Source of the DNA: an uncultured Acidobacteriota bacterium
GTDB lineage: Bacteria > Acidobacteriota > Vicinamibacteria > Vicinamibacterales > CAVVIG01
Direction of reading: 5' to 3'
NCBI GenBank assembly: GCA_963780685.1
Contig: CAWACZ010000010.1
Coordinates: 128,072-192,071 of the forward strand
Length of the DNA stretch: 64,000 bases
Positions 28,751 through 40,211 of this stretch are shown piece after piece. The position numbers were made by a program, and so were the translations under genes. The notes under the pieces were generated by a model. The model was not told where the DNA came from. It saw nothing but the letters and a program-made list of their open reading frames with translations, and did not search any database. Numbering within the stretch: position 1 is the stretch's first letter; every line of letters begins with the position of its first letter.

Positions 28751-31700
28751 ATGTTACACACCCTATGGCGCGTCGCGCGCGCGGGACTTGCGGCGGCGGC
28801 GATCCTCGCCGCTGGGGGATGGGCTCTCGGGCGCTCGCGCTACGGCGTCTCGGATCAGGACGCGGTGGCGCGCATCGAGATCGAGCTCCGCCAGCGATTC
28901 GCCGCGAGCGGGGCGACGCTTGGCCGCATCGCGTCGCAGCTCGGTGCCGAACGGATCTCCGTCGGCGCCGCGCCGCGTCGCCTGGCGTCGACTCGAAGCC
29001 TGTTCGAGGCCGTCACCGCGGCGCTGCCCCCCAACGACGGGGGGCGCACGGGCATCACGATTTACGACTCTCTGGCGGCACCGGTTGCCTGGGCAGGCCG
29101 CACCTCGGACGTTCCCAGACAGCGGCTCGACGGACCAGCCGCCTTGTTCGTCGCGCCTGACGCACTGGGACCCCGGCTCGTTCGAGTCGAACCTGTCATC
29201 GACCGCTCTCGTCCAGCGGCGACCCGCCTGGCGACAATCGTGGCGGAGCAACAACTCGGACCCGTTCGTGGCGCACCCGGCCTGGCCGATACGTTCATCA
29301 TCTCGACCGAGATCGTGCCGATTCTCGCTTCACGTTCGGGTCGGCGACGTGCCGCCGCCATCGTCCAGTCAGGCCTATACGTTCGTCATCCCCTCGCCCG
29401 CCGGCAGCCCGCTTGTCGATGCGGAAGTGTCCCCGGCCGACCTCGCGAGCGCGCGAGCGCGCTGGCTCGGCGGCACCTGGGCCGCGGTTCTCTCGGTGCT
29501 CGGGATCACCCTGCTCTTCTGCGCGGGTGCGCTCGTCGAGCTCCGACGCCACGCCAGGACCACACGCCGCTTCGTCGTCGCCACGCTAGGGCTCGTCGGC
29601 GCCATTGTCGTTGCGCGGTTCGTGTTCTTTCTGGCAGCCTCCCGGATCCTTGGCGCGCGCCCTGGGGCATCTCCGGTCGATCTCCGTTCTGACGGCGCTG
29701 GCCGTCACGGCGCTCGCGTGGGTCGTGCTCGACACGGTTGAGCGCTGGCGTGTGGCAGGCCCTCGGCCCGCTTTGCTCCTGGGCTCGGCGGAGGCGGCCA
29801 CCTGGGTCAGCCTGGCATACGTGGCTGCAGGAATCCTCACCACCGGGATTCTGTGGCTGTACGAACGCGCGCTGCAAAACATCGCTGCGCAAACGAACTT
29901 CGACCTCCTGCAGTTTTCGCTGCATCCATTGACGCCGCCACGGATTGCGCTCGCGATCGGCCTCGTGCTCCTCCACGCCGGTGCGATTTGGACCGCCGTC
30001 GCGGTCACCCGGCTGCCGAGCGTCTGGCGAACGGCCTGGGCACCAGTGCCACGCGTGGCTGTGACGGCCTGGCTGCTGGGCGTCGCATTTGCCGCTGTCA
30101 TCGCACATGCTGCCGACTCGAGCCTCCGAATCGCGCCCCTCCTTGTCGCCGTCGCTGCGGCCGGCTTGGGGGCGATTGCGCTCGCGAACCTCCGACGCCG
30201 GGCACGACACGCTTCTCAAGCCGCGAGGTTGTGGACACTCTTTCTGACCTTGCTCGTGCCCGCGCTCGCGATGTATCCCTCGATTGTGGCCGTGACGACG
30301 GAGGCCAAGGAACGCCTCGTCGAGACCCAATATGCGCGGCGGGCGGCAAGCCAGCGAGAGGACCTTCAAAACGACCTCAACACGGCACTCGATGACATCG
30401 ATTCGCTGCCCTCACTTGCCGATCTCATCGTCGGTTCGGGAGAAGAAACGACTCCCACGACGGATCGTGCTTCATTGGTCTGGTCCGGGACCGAGCTCGC
30501 AGCAGGACGCCTCACGTCCGCCATCGAGCTGTACGGGGCGGATGGGCGGCTCGTCAGCCGCTTTGCCCTGAACCTGCCGGAGTACGCCACCACTCGCCGA
30601 CAGCCATCGGGATGCACCTGGGAAGTGCCGCTCGACGAAGTGCTCCGGTTCGGGTCGGGCCAAAGGCAAGTGCTGCGGACGAGCCGGGGCATCTGCGAGC
30701 AAGGACGCCGCGTGGGCGCCATTGCCGTGAGCGTGGTGCTCGACTATCGGACGCTCCCATTCATCGAATCGCAGAGCCCCTACCTGGAATTCCTCCAGCC
30801 GGAACGGCGTCCGGTCGAGGGCGCGTTCGGCCGGGACGTCGAATTCGCCGTGTACGGATGGAGTCGGGTCCCGACCTATGCCTCCGGAACCAGCGTCTGG
30901 CAATTGCCGGATGCCGTCTTTCAGCGGCTGGCTCAGTCGCGGGATCCGTTCTGGACGACTCTCGATCGCGGCGACACCTCGTTTCGCATCTTCTTCATGA
31001 GCGATCGCGGCGCCGTCTATGCGCTCGGCTATCCCACCCTCACGGCGTTTCAACACATGGTCAATCTGGCCGAGCTGATGTTTCTGACGGGAACCGTGTA
31101 CGCGGCGCTTCTGGCGTGCTCGACGCTCTTGAACCTGATTGGTTGGCGAACCCCCGCAAGCGGTCGGACCCTGCTCCGCGAGATTCGCGCGAGCTTTTAC
31201 AAGAGGCTGTTACTTGTCTTTGTGGCGGTGGCGGTGGTGCCGGTCGTTGTTCTGGCGATCGCGACGAGCACCTACCTCGCCACTCAGCTGAACGCAGGCG
31301 TCGCAGAAACCGCTGCCAAGACGGCACTGGTCGCGCAGCGGCTCGTCGAAGACTACGCCACGTTGCAGCAGCGCGGGCCCAATGCGCTGGCCTCGCTCGA
31401 CGACCAGATCATGGATCTGGTCAGACGGGCCATCGACGAGGACGTCAACTTGTTCACGCGCGCTCAGCTTCAGGCCACGAGCGAGCGCCCCCTCTTCGCG
31501 CTGGGCCTGCTTCCCTTGCGGACGCCAGGCGACGTGTACCAAAGCATCGTCCTGGACCGGTCGCCAACCTTCGTCGGCGAGGAGGAGGTCGGCGGAATCC
31601 CTTACCTGCTGGCCGCCGCACCGGTCCGCGCCGGGTCACGAGAAGGCATCGTGACCGTCCCGGTCACGCTTCGCCAGCGGGAAATCGAGGGGCAGATCGA

Positions 31701-32666
31701 CGACTTGCGTCGGATGGTGCTCGCAGCAGCTGTCCTGTTCAGCCTGATGGGAGCGGCACTCGGATACTCCATGGCCGAACGGATCGCCGATCCCATCAAT
31801 CGCCTCACCCGGGCCACGCGCCGGATCGCACGCGGCAATCTCGACGCACGCGTCGCGGCTTCAACGTCCGACGAGCTGGGCCGGCTCATCAACGACTTCA
31901 ACGGCATGGCCGAGGATCTGAAACGGCAGCGCAGCGAGCTCGAACGAACGCAACGCCTCGAAGCGTGGGCGGATATGGCGCGGCAGGTCGCTCACGAAAT
32001 CAAGAACCCGCTCACGCCGATTCAGTTATCCGCTGAACACGCCCGGCGCGTGAATCTCGACCGAGGGCAGCCGCTCTCGCCGGTGCTCGACGACTGCATC
32101 GATTCCATCCTCTCTCAGGTGCGTCTGCTCCGGCAGATCGCGGCTGAGTTCTCGAGCTTCGCGTCCTCGACGACACCCCGCCCTGAGCCGACGCGGATGG
32201 CCGAACTGCTGGAAGAAGTGGTCAGTCCCTACCGCTCCGGTCTGGCCGGTCGAATCGCGCTCGACATCCGAGCTCCAAGCGACCTGCCTGAGATCGCCGT
32301 CGACCGAACGCTTCTGGGACGTGCCGTGACCAATGTCATCGAGAACGCGCTCCATGCGATGCCGAGTGGGGGCAATCTTTCGATTGTTGCCAGCCGGCAC
32401 TCCGAGAGCGGGGGGACTCGATCGTCGTCGAAATCACTGATACGGGTCTCGGCATGGATCGCGAAGCGCTGGCCAAAATCTTCGAGCCGTATTTTTCGAC
32501 CAAGGCGACTGGCACCGGCTTGGGACTGACCATTGCGAAGCGTAACGTCGAATTGAACGGAGGCACTATTGCCGTCAAGAGCGAGAAAGGCGTCGGAACG
32601 ACGGTGACTATCACTCTGCCGATATCCGGCCCAAGCACACCTCACATTTCAACGGTCGCTCGTTGA
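28751..32666 (+). pseudogene. large NtrY-like sensor histidine kinase (multi-TM, HAMP, HisKA, HATPase), three frameshifts
   Basis: The protein sense continues across four ORF-track pieces (28751.., 28788.., 29605..32529, 32454..32666). It carries a HAMP domain (DPINRLTRATRRIARGNLDARV), an H-box typical of NtrY (EAWADMARQVAHEIKNPLTPIQLSAE), an N-box (NVIENALHAM) and G-boxes after the last shift (VVEITDTGLGMD...STKATGTGLGLTIAK). The shifts lie at ~29300-29345, ~29650-29670 and in the G-run at 32410-32415. Confidence 0.8.
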
Positions 32667-32704
32667 CCGTCGTGCAGTGGGCGGGTTGGGCTCGTGGCTA
32701 CGCG

Positions 32705-33553
32705 TCAGCGGCCTGCCGCCGATCCGCTGGCCTCGAGCTCTGACGCGCTTGGTTGCGCGGAGCCAGCCGGAGGCACGCGTCCGCCCCGGTGGCGGAAGCG
32801 AGTCAAGGCCATGCCCACGAATGCGGACGCGAGATACGAATACGCGAGGGCCACCAGGACGAACCGCGGATGTGTCGTGACGAGCACAATCCCCGCGGCG
32901 ATGAAGATCAACACCGTGTAGGGCCGACGCGCTTGTAGATCGAGCGTTTTGAAGCTGCGAAACCTGATCCGGCTGACCATGAGCGCGGCTGGAACCAGCA
33001 CCATGACCAGGACCGGCAGCGCTTCACGATAGTCCGTGAATCCCCACGGATACGCGTATACGGTGGCGGCGGGCACTCCTGCCGCCGCCGGGCTCGGCAT
33101 ACCTACGAAATACCGCTTGTCGCCTCCAGCCGCGCTTTGAATGTTGAACCGCGCAAGCCGCATGGCCGCAGCCGTGACGAACAGAAACCCGGCTGCCCAA
33201 CCAAGGCGGCCGAGAGGTTGAAGACCCCATGTGAGCGTCAGCACGGCTGGGGCCACGCCAAACGAGATCACGTCGGCCAACGAATCGAACTGCAAACCGA
33301 AATCGCTCTCGGCCCCCGTCAGCCGCGCGATCCGGCCGTCGAGCATATCGAGCAGGATCGCAAATCCGATGAACGGTGCCGCGGTCTCGAACTCTCCACG
33401 CATCGCGTATACGATGCAGGCGTATCCGCAAAACATGTTGCCGAGGGTCAAGAGGCTGGGCAGCAGGTAAACACCGCGCCGGAAGCGCCGACGCTGCTGG
33501 TCGGCCTTTCTGCGCAGGAAACGCAGCCGTCCTTCCTGGTGGGTCAGCATCAA
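32705..33553 (-). CDS. pssA: CDP-diacylglycerol--serine O-phosphatidyltransferase
   Basis: CDP-alcohol phosphatidyltransferase motif (AILLDMLDGRIARLTG....G..FDSLADV) within a multi-TM protein. Confidence 0.9.
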   Translation of the reverse strand: MMLTHQEGRLRFLRRKADQQRRRFRRGVYLLPSLLTLGNMFCGYACIVYAMRGEFETAAPFIGFAILLDMLDGRIARLTGAESDFGLQFDSLADVISFGVAPAVLTLTWGLQPLGRLGWAAGFLFVTAAAMRLARFNIQSAAGGDKRYFVGMPSPAAAGVPAATVYAYPWGFTDYREALPVLVMVLVPAALMVSRIRFRSFKTLDLQARRPYTVLIFIAAGIVLVTTHPRFVLVALAYSYLASAFVGMALTRFRHRGGRVPPAGSAQPSASELEASGSAAGR

Positions 33554-33568
33554 CTGAACAGTCTATTC

Positions 33569-34201
33569 TCAGTGTAACACCGCGATGACGGTTTCACCCC
33601 CACGGACCGACTGTCCAACAGCCACGAGAATCGTCGCGCTCAGCGGCACGAAAACATCCATTCTGGAACCAAACTTCATGATCCCCAGGCGCTCGCCGGC
33701 GCGCACTTCTGCACCAGATTGCAATCGGCAGACGACGCGGCGCGCGAGAATACCGACGACCTGGCGGGCGACGATCAACTGGCCCCTGTGGTCGAACCAG
33801 ATCTCGCTGCGCTCGTTCTGACTCGCGGCCTCCGCGCGGTACGCCGGAAGAAAGCGTCCGCGCACGAAGCTCACGCGTGTCACGCGGCCGGAGACTGGAA
33901 CCCGGTTCACGTGGACGTCCAGGGGCGAGAGAAAAATGCTGATCTGCTGCCAGGCCCCGGGCGGCGCAAGGTCAGGGGACGCAGGCCCCGCAACCAGCAC
34001 CCGCCCGTCAGCCGGCGACAGCACTGATTCGTCACCCAGTGAGCGGCCGGCGGCACGCTCGGGGTCGCGGAAGAAGAACGCGAAGAACGCACCCAGGACA
34101 ACGAACGGAAGCGCGAGCGGCCACGCGAACGCGACACCCGCAATCAGCCCAACTGCGAGCGCACCAAGAATAAACGGGACGCCAGCAGGATCGAAACGCA
34201 C
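33569..34201 (-). CDS. psd: phosphatidylserine decarboxylase (short form)
   Basis: 210 aa with two N-terminal TM segments and a C-terminal self-cleavage region (..GIMKFGSRMDVFVP). It is adjacent to pssA. Confidence 0.88.
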   Translation of the reverse strand: MRFDPAGVPFILGALAVGLIAGVAFAWPLALPFVVLGAFFAFFFRDPERAAGRSLGDESVLSPADGRVLVAGPASPDLAPPGAWQQISIFLSPLDVHVNRVPVSGRVTRVSFVRGRFLPAYRAEAASQNERSEIWFDHRGQLIVARQVVGILARRVVCRLQSGAEVRAGERLGIMKFGSRMDVFVPLSATILVAVGQSVRGGETVIAVLH

Positions 34202-34426
34202 CTACGCCTGACGATGGCGGCGCAGGATGTCTTCCATGCGGTCTTTCAGCTGCAGCTTCTGTTTCTTCAAGTTGACTTGTTCGATTTGTTCCGGTTCCGA
34301 GAGGTAATGCTTGGAGATGAGTTCGTGGAGTCTGTCTTCCAGTTCGTGATGCTTGATGGCTAGCTTGCTGAATTCCTCGTCCGTCTGGAGCAGCCGTTCT
34401 TTCAGGTTCTGGACCTGCACATTCAT
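34202..34426 (-). CDS. DUF465 (YdcH-like) small coiled-coil protein
   Basis: 74 aa with ..LLQTDEEFSKLAIKHHELEDRLHEL......EPEQIEQVNLKKQKLQLKDRM. It is AT-richer than its surroundings, has a GAAGGAGG SD upstream, and its stop abuts the psd start. Confidence 0.75.
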   Translation of the reverse strand: MNVQVQNLKERLLQTDEEFSKLAIKHHELEDRLHELISKHYLSEPEQIEQVNLKKQKLQLKDRMEDILRRHRQA

Positions 34427-34641
34427 AGTCCGCCTCCTTCTATGTGGGCCCTGGAATGTGTGACGGAGATGACGTCAAGAGTGCAAGCAACGTGAGCGAT
34501 TGGTCGTTGCAGCAGCATGGAAGGTGCGCGTCAACGGAAACGCTAACACAAGCCTTCGACCGCTGGCAAGGTCGTCTAGGCGGCCGAAAAAAGTCTGCCG
34601 TCGTCAATCGGTGCTTGACAGTCGGCCATTTTTTTGTCGAC

Positions 34642-35103
34642 CTACGGCCTGAGCTGTTCCCGCCACAAAACAATCGCATCCTCGACCGGGTTCGAGTAGT
34701 ACGCACGACGCACGCCGGCTGCCGCAAATCCGAGGCGTTCGTAGAGGTGCCGGGCCGGTTCGTTCGATCGCCGCACTTCCAGTGTGGCTCGACGCGCTCC
34801 GAGCTTCTCGGCCTCGCTCAGCACGAACATCAGCAGAGCCGTCGCCACGCCCCGCCGGCGATACTCGGGCCCTACGGCCAGATTGTTGATGTGGAGTTCG
34901 TCGAGCACGCGCCAGAAAGAACAGAACCCGAGAACGTTGCCTTCGCCGTCACGCGCCATATAGCAGAAGGACACGCCCACGTTGTCGAGCTCGGCGAGAT
35001 ACATCTCACGGGTCCACGGGCTCGTAAACGAGGCGGATTCGATCGCCAGGATGGCGTCCAAGTCCGAAGTCGAAGAAACCGGCTCGATTTGCCAGTTCGC
35101 CAT
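34642..35103 (-). CDS. rimI: ribosomal-protein-alanine N-acetyltransferase RimI (GNAT)
   Basis: 153 aa from ATG 35103, with the GNAT motif (LAVGPEYRRRGVATALL) and ATLEVRRSN..A..LYERLGF. It is downstream of tsaB, the usual pairing. The ORF-track 5' extension to 35409 overlaps tsaB. Confidence 0.88.
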   Translation of the reverse strand: MANWQIEPVSSTSDLDAILAIESASFTSPWTREMYLAELDNVGVSFCYMARDGEGNVLGFCSFWRVLDELHINNLAVGPEYRRRGVATALLMFVLSEAEKLGARRATLEVRRSNEPARHLYERLGFAAAGVRRAYYSNPVEDAIVLWREQLRP

Positions 35104-35150
35104 AGCCGTCAATCTCGGGAAGCGCGACTGTCCGGCGGACGATCTCCGCG

Positions 35151-35885
35151 TCAGCGCGCTTGGAGGCGTGCCCTCTTCTCCCGATCCAGTTCCGCATCGG
35201 GCCGGCGCACGTACAAGGGGCGCACAGCCGCCGGTTCCACGGTTGCGCCCGATGTTGCCTGAGCGACCGCCACAAGTCCAATCGCCCCGGCCAGCGACCC
35301 GATGTCCACGATCCTGGCGTTCGGTCGACGGACGTGAATCACCTCGCGGTAACGCTCGGCCCCGTCTCCCGCAAAAATCACCGTTTCGTCGGCCACGAGT
35401 GGCTCCCATCGTGCGAGGGTTGCGGCAGGACTGGCGACCGCCGGCCCCTCAACTTCGACCAGGCGGCGGGGATCGAAGGGCGGATGCGGCGAGAGCTTAT
35501 AGAGCGCACTGAACACCTCTTCGCGCCTCGCGTCCATCCAGGCGCCAACCATCACGTCGCCGTCCACTTCACGGCCGGCAGCGTGCGCGAGGGCCGCCAA
35601 CGCCGAGACGACGGCGACCTTCCGGCCGTGTACGAGCGCAAGGCCCTGAATCGTCGCAATACCGATCCGCAGCCCCGTAAAGGAGCCGGGCCCGGGCGCG
35701 ACGGCAAACACGTCGACATCCGCCGAAGCCACTCGCTGGTCTTCGAGCAGTGTCAGGATCTCCGTGGGAAGGCGCTCGGCATGCGTACGCGCCGGATCGC
35801 CTCGACGCTCGGCAATGATGCGGTCGTTCTCAACGAGCGCGACGCTCCCGCCAGGCGTCGTCGTGTCCAGCGCCAACACGCGCAT
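35151..35885 (-). CDS. tsaB: tRNA t6A biosynthesis protein TsaB (YeaZ)
   Basis: It starts MRVLALDTTTPGGSVALVE... and contains ...VAPGPGSFTGLRIGIATIQGLA. Confidence 0.9.
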   Translation of the reverse strand: MRVLALDTTTPGGSVALVENDRIIAERRGDPARTHAERLPTEILTLLEDQRVASADVDVFAVAPGPGSFTGLRIGIATIQGLALVHGRKVAVVSALAALAHAAGREVDGDVMVGAWMDARREEVFSALYKLSPHPPFDPRRLVEVEGPAVASPAATLARWEPLVADETVIFAGDGAERYREVIHVRRPNARIVDIGSLAGAIGLVAVAQATSGATVEPAAVRPLYVRRPDAELDREKRARLQAR

Positions 35886-35933
35886 AGGGAACTGAATAAC
35901 TGCTCAATTACCAGATGTGTACACTAACAGCAT

Positions 35934-38597
35934 ATGTCGGTCACGCCCGCGATGCGCCAGTATCTCGACGCCAAACAACAGCATCGCGACGCGATTCTGC
36001 TGTTTCGGATGGGCGACTTCTTCGAGATGTTCTACGAAGACGCCCTCGTCGCGGCTCGCGCGCTCGAACTGACGTTGACTTCCCGCGCCAAGGACGGCAA
36101 TGGCGGCGGGATTCCCATGTGTGGTGTGCCGTTTCACGCCGTGGACACCTACATCGGACGGCTCGTCAAGAAAGGCTTTCGTGTGGCGATTTGCGATCAG
36201 GTCGAGGACCCTCGCAAGGCCAAGGGCATCGTCAAACGCGAAGTGGTGCGTGTCGTTTCGCCCGGCACGCTGACTGACACGAACTACCTCGACGCTCGCG
36301 AGCCGGCGTTCCTCATGGCCATCGCGCCAGTCAGCGCCCGAAGCCACGGTCTCACCGTCGAAACGGCCGGTGTCGCGCTGCTGGACCTCTCGACCGGTGA
36401 GTTTTCGGCGGCCGAATACAGCGGTTCAGAGGGAGCGCAAGGGCTCGCCGACGAGATTGCGGTCCTAAAGCCTCGAGAGATCGTCGTCCCTGCCGGCGAC
36501 ACGCCGGGAAAACCGGCCGACGCGCTCCTTTCCGCGTGGCCGATGGTGGCCTCGACGGGGCTGCCGACGACTCCCGTCGACGCCTGGACATTCGATGTGG
36601 AGTCGGCGCGACGGGCTCTCCTCGATCAGCTTCGCACGTCGGGGTTGGAGGCGTTCGGACTCGACCAGCGCCCGGCGGCCATTGCCGCGGCCGGCGCTCT
36701 CGTGCACTATCTGCGTGGGACACAGAAGGTCGATCTCGCGCACGTCCGGGGCATCACCTTTCGTCAGCGCGCCGATTCGCTGCTGATCGATCCGACGACG
36801 CTCAAGCACCTCGAGATTCTTCAGGGCTCCGATGGCGATCGGGACGGATCCCTCCTCGGCGAATTGGATCGGACGGTCACCTCCATCGGCAGCCGTCTCT
36901 TGCGCGCCTGGTTGCTCAGGCCCCTGCTCGCCCTCGAGCCCATTCGCGATCGCCTCGATGCCGTCGAGGAGCTCGCCTTCCGCACCACTGAACGCGGCAA
37001 GCTTCGCGACACCATCAAGTCGGTGCTCGATCTGGAGCGTCTTGTTGCCCGGGCGGCGCTCGGCATCGCCGGGCCGCGCGACCTCGTCGGCCTGAAACAG
37101 TCCCTGACGCTGATCCCGCGAGTCCGACTGGTCCTCTCCGAGTTGCAGGCTCCGCTCGTTCGATCTCTCGTTGCCGAGTTGGACGATCTCACAGATGTGC
37201 GCAGCGCGATCGACTCGACGCTCATCGACGATCCACCCGCGCTCGCGCGCGACGGCGGCTTCACGCGGGACGGCGTCGACGCCGAGCTCGACGACTTGAC
37301 TGCGGTCAGCCGCTCCGGCAAGCAGATCATCGCCGAGATGGAGGGAGGCGAACGAGCGCGCACCGGTATTGCGTCGCTGAAAATCCGGTACAACCGAGTC
37401 TTCGGGTACTACATCGAGGTGTCCAAGTCCAACCTGCACGCCGTGCCGGCCGACTATCACCGAAAACAGACAATCGCCGGAGGCGAGCGCTTCGTCACGC
37501 CAGCACTGAAAGAGTACGAAGAAAAAGTGCTCGGGGCCGACGAGCGCATCCTCGAACGCGAGCTCGAGATTTTCGAGAGGCTTCGCAATGCGGTCGCCGC
37601 CGAGGCGCCACGAATCCAGGCGACCGCTCGCGCGCTGGCCTCGCTCGACGTCATCGCAGCGCTGGCCGAAGACGCGGCGGTCAACAATTACATCAAGCCT
37701 CACGTTCACGACGGCGACGAACTCGTGGTCGTCGATGGCCGCCACCCCGTAGTCGAGCGGCGCACGGCGGCCGCAGGCGAGACGTTCGTGCCGAACGACA
37801 TCAGCCTGAGCGGAGCGAAATGTCAGCTCGTGATTCTGACCGGTCCGAACATGGGGGGAAAATCGACCTACCTGCGGCAAACCGCTCTCATCTGCCTGAT
37901 GGCACAGGCCGGGTCGTTCGTGCCCGCGCGCGAAGCCAAGATTCCGCTCGTCGACCGCATTTTTGCCCGCGTCGGCGCCTCGGACAACATCGCGCGCGGA
38001 CATTCCACCTTCATGGTCGAGATGCAGGAGACGGCCCATATCCTTTATGCCGCCACGTCGCGCAGTCTGGTGGTTCTCGATGAAATCGGTCGGGGCACGG
38101 CCACCTTCGACGGCTTGAGCATCGCCTGGGCGGTCGCGGAATACCTGGCCGCGAATCCCACAGCCCGGCCCAAGACGTTGTTCGCCACCCACTATCACGA
38201 GCTGACCGATCTGGCTGACGCGATGCCGGGAGTCGTCAACTTTCATGTGGCAGCGCGCGAATGGAAGGACGATATCGTGTTCCTGCACAAGATCGTGCCC
38301 GGCCGGTCCGACCGCAGCTATGGCATTCAAGTCGCGCGACTCGCGGGGTTGCCGCGCTCGGTCACTGATCGGGCGCGGGAGATCCTCGTCGCTCTTGAAC
38401 GCGACGAACTGGCGCGGGGAGGCCGGCCGGCCGTGACCGGCACACCAACCGATCCTCAACAGCAACTCGGATTGTTTCAGTCGACGGCGAAAGACGATCG
38501 CCTGCGGCAGCGCCTGGCCGCCGTCGAAATCGATCGCATGACCCCGCTCGAGGCGCTGACGCTGCTCGCGGAGCTCAAGAAGGACGCCGAGAGCTGA
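35934..38597 (+). CDS. mutS: DNA mismatch repair protein MutS
   Basis: 887 aa with the N-terminal mismatch domain (TPAMRQYLDAKQQHRDAILLFRMGDFFEMF), Walker A (GPNMGGKST) and STFMVEM. Confidence 0.96.
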   Translation: MSVTPAMRQYLDAKQQHRDAILLFRMGDFFEMFYEDALVAARALELTLTSRAKDGNGGGIPMCGVPFHAVDTYIGRLVKKGFRVAICDQVEDPRKAKGIVKREVVRVVSPGTLTDTNYLDAREPAFLMAIAPVSARSHGLTVETAGVALLDLSTGEFSAAEYSGSEGAQGLADEIAVLKPREIVVPAGDTPGKPADALLSAWPMVASTGLPTTPVDAWTFDVESARRALLDQLRTSGLEAFGLDQRPAAIAAAGALVHYLRGTQKVDLAHVRGITFRQRADSLLIDPTTLKHLEILQGSDGDRDGSLLGELDRTVTSIGSRLLRAWLLRPLLALEPIRDRLDAVEELAFRTTERGKLRDTIKSVLDLERLVARAALGIAGPRDLVGLKQSLTLIPRVRLVLSELQAPLVRSLVAELDDLTDVRSAIDSTLIDDPPALARDGGFTRDGVDAELDDLTAVSRSGKQIIAEMEGGERARTGIASLKIRYNRVFGYYIEVSKSNLHAVPADYHRKQTIAGGERFVTPALKEYEEKVLGADERILERELEIFERLRNAVAAEAPRIQATARALASLDVIAALAEDAAVNNYIKPHVHDGDELVVVDGRHPVVERRTAAAGETFVPNDISLSGAKCQLVILTGPNMGGKSTYLRQTALICLMAQAGSFVPAREAKIPLVDRIFARVGASDNIARGHSTFMVEMQETAHILYAATSRSLVVLDEIGRGTATFDGLSIAWAVAEYLAANPTARPKTLFATHYHELTDLADAMPGVVNFHVAAREWKDDIVFLHKIVPGRSDRSYGIQVARLAGLPRSVTDRAREILVALERDELARGGRPAVTGTPTDPQQQLGLFQSTAKDDRLRQRLAAVEIDRMTPLEALTLLAELKKDAES

Positions 38598-40211
38598 TGC
38601 GTCCGGACCTGGTGGCGGAGGCGCAGACTCGCATGCTGGCGAATCGCCACACCGTGCCGACTGTCGTGTTCGCTGCCATCGTCGCAGTCGGGTTGGCACC
38701 ATCGCTGGCCTGCCTCCAACGTCCCGTCGACAATCCGAACATCATCGTCGTTGGCGTTCCCAGTGGGCCAGCCAACCTCGACCCGCGAATTGGCACCGAC
38801 GACACGTCCCAAAAGGCGGGGCAGCTCATCTTCAGCGGCCTGATGACGCTCGACGACCGCCTCCGCATCGTGCCGCAACTGGCCGAACGCCTCGACAATC
38901 CCGAACCCACGACCTATGTCGTCACGCTTCGCCGGGGCGTGCGGTTCCACGACGGCCACGAGCTGACCTCGGCCGACGTGGTCCACACGTATCGCAGCAT
39001 CTTGTCGCCGGAATTCATCTCTCCGATCAAGGGGGCGTTCGGGCTTCTCAAGGCCGTCGACGCCCGGGACCGTTACACCGTCGTCTTCAGCCTGAACGAG
39101 CCCTTCGGATCCTTCGCGGCGAATCTGGTCGTGCCTCCCATTGTGCCGGACGGGGCTGATTCGTCGTTTCACGAACATCCCATCGGAACGGGACCATACC
39201 GGTTCGTGCGCTATCTGTCCGACGATCGTCTGGAGCTCGCAGCGTTCGACGACTACTATGAGGGCCGTCCACTCAACGATGGCATCGTGCTGCGAGTCGT
39301 GCCCGACGACATCATGCGCGGCCTCGAGCTCCGCAAGGGGACAATGGACCTCAGCGTCAACGATCTGGCGCCCGACATCGTGTATCAACTCCAGCGGGAG
39401 CCGGCGCTCCAGATCGTGTCCTCACCCGGAACCGACTATCAGTACCTCGGGCTGAATCTCCGCGATCCGATCCTGAGAGACCGGCGCGTGCGGCAGGCGC
39501 TCGCGTATGCCATCGACTACAAGGCGATCGTCGAGCATCTCCGGCGTGGGCTGGCGACACCGGCGTCTGGAATCATGCCGCCTATGTCGTGGGCCTACGA
39601 ACCAGAGGTGTTTACGTTCACGCACGACCCTGATCGCGCGAAGCGCCTCCTCGATGAGGCGGGATACGGGGATCCTGATGGCGACGGTTCCAGACCGCGG
39701 TTCACGCTCACCCTGAAAGTGTCGAACATCGAATTCAACCGGCTCCAGTCGGCGGTGATCCAGCAAAACCTGCGGGACGTCGGCATCAGGCTGGAGGTGC
39801 GGGTGTACGAATTTGCGACGCTTGTACGCCGACGTGCTGAACGGCAGCTTTCAGATGTTTTCATTGCAATGGACGGCCGGTGCCACAGCCGATCCCGACA
39901 TCCTGCGGCGCATCTTTCACTCGCGGCAGACGCCGCCGTTCGGGTTCAACCGCGGATACTTCGCGAATCCGCGAGTCGACCGTCTTCTCGACCAAGCGAC
40001 GGTGTTGACCGACACGGCCGAGCGCAAGCGCCTCTTTGGGGAGGTTCAACAGATCGTCGCGCAAGAGGTTCCGTACATCAGCCTCTGGGACAAGACCAAC
40101 TTTGCGGTGGCGCAACGGGCGCTGAGCGGAATCCGGCTCACTCCTGCGGCCGACTTCCTGTTTCTCAAAGATGTCACGCGCTCGGCGCCTGATCACCAGC
40201 CTGCTCGTTAG
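38597..40211 (+). pseudogene. ABC transporter substrate-binding protein, family 5 (peptide/nickel type), frame broken by a 1-nt insertion at ~39824
   Basis: SBP_bac_5 features are present (..GVPSGPANLDPRIGTDDTSQKAGQLIFSGL.., VTLRRGVRFHDG). ORF 38597..40192 becomes junk after ..VRVYEFATL. ORF 39813..40211 continues YADVLNGSFQMFSLQWTAG... Removing G39824 (cttGtac) joins them. No permease or ATPase genes are adjacent. Confidence 0.85.
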
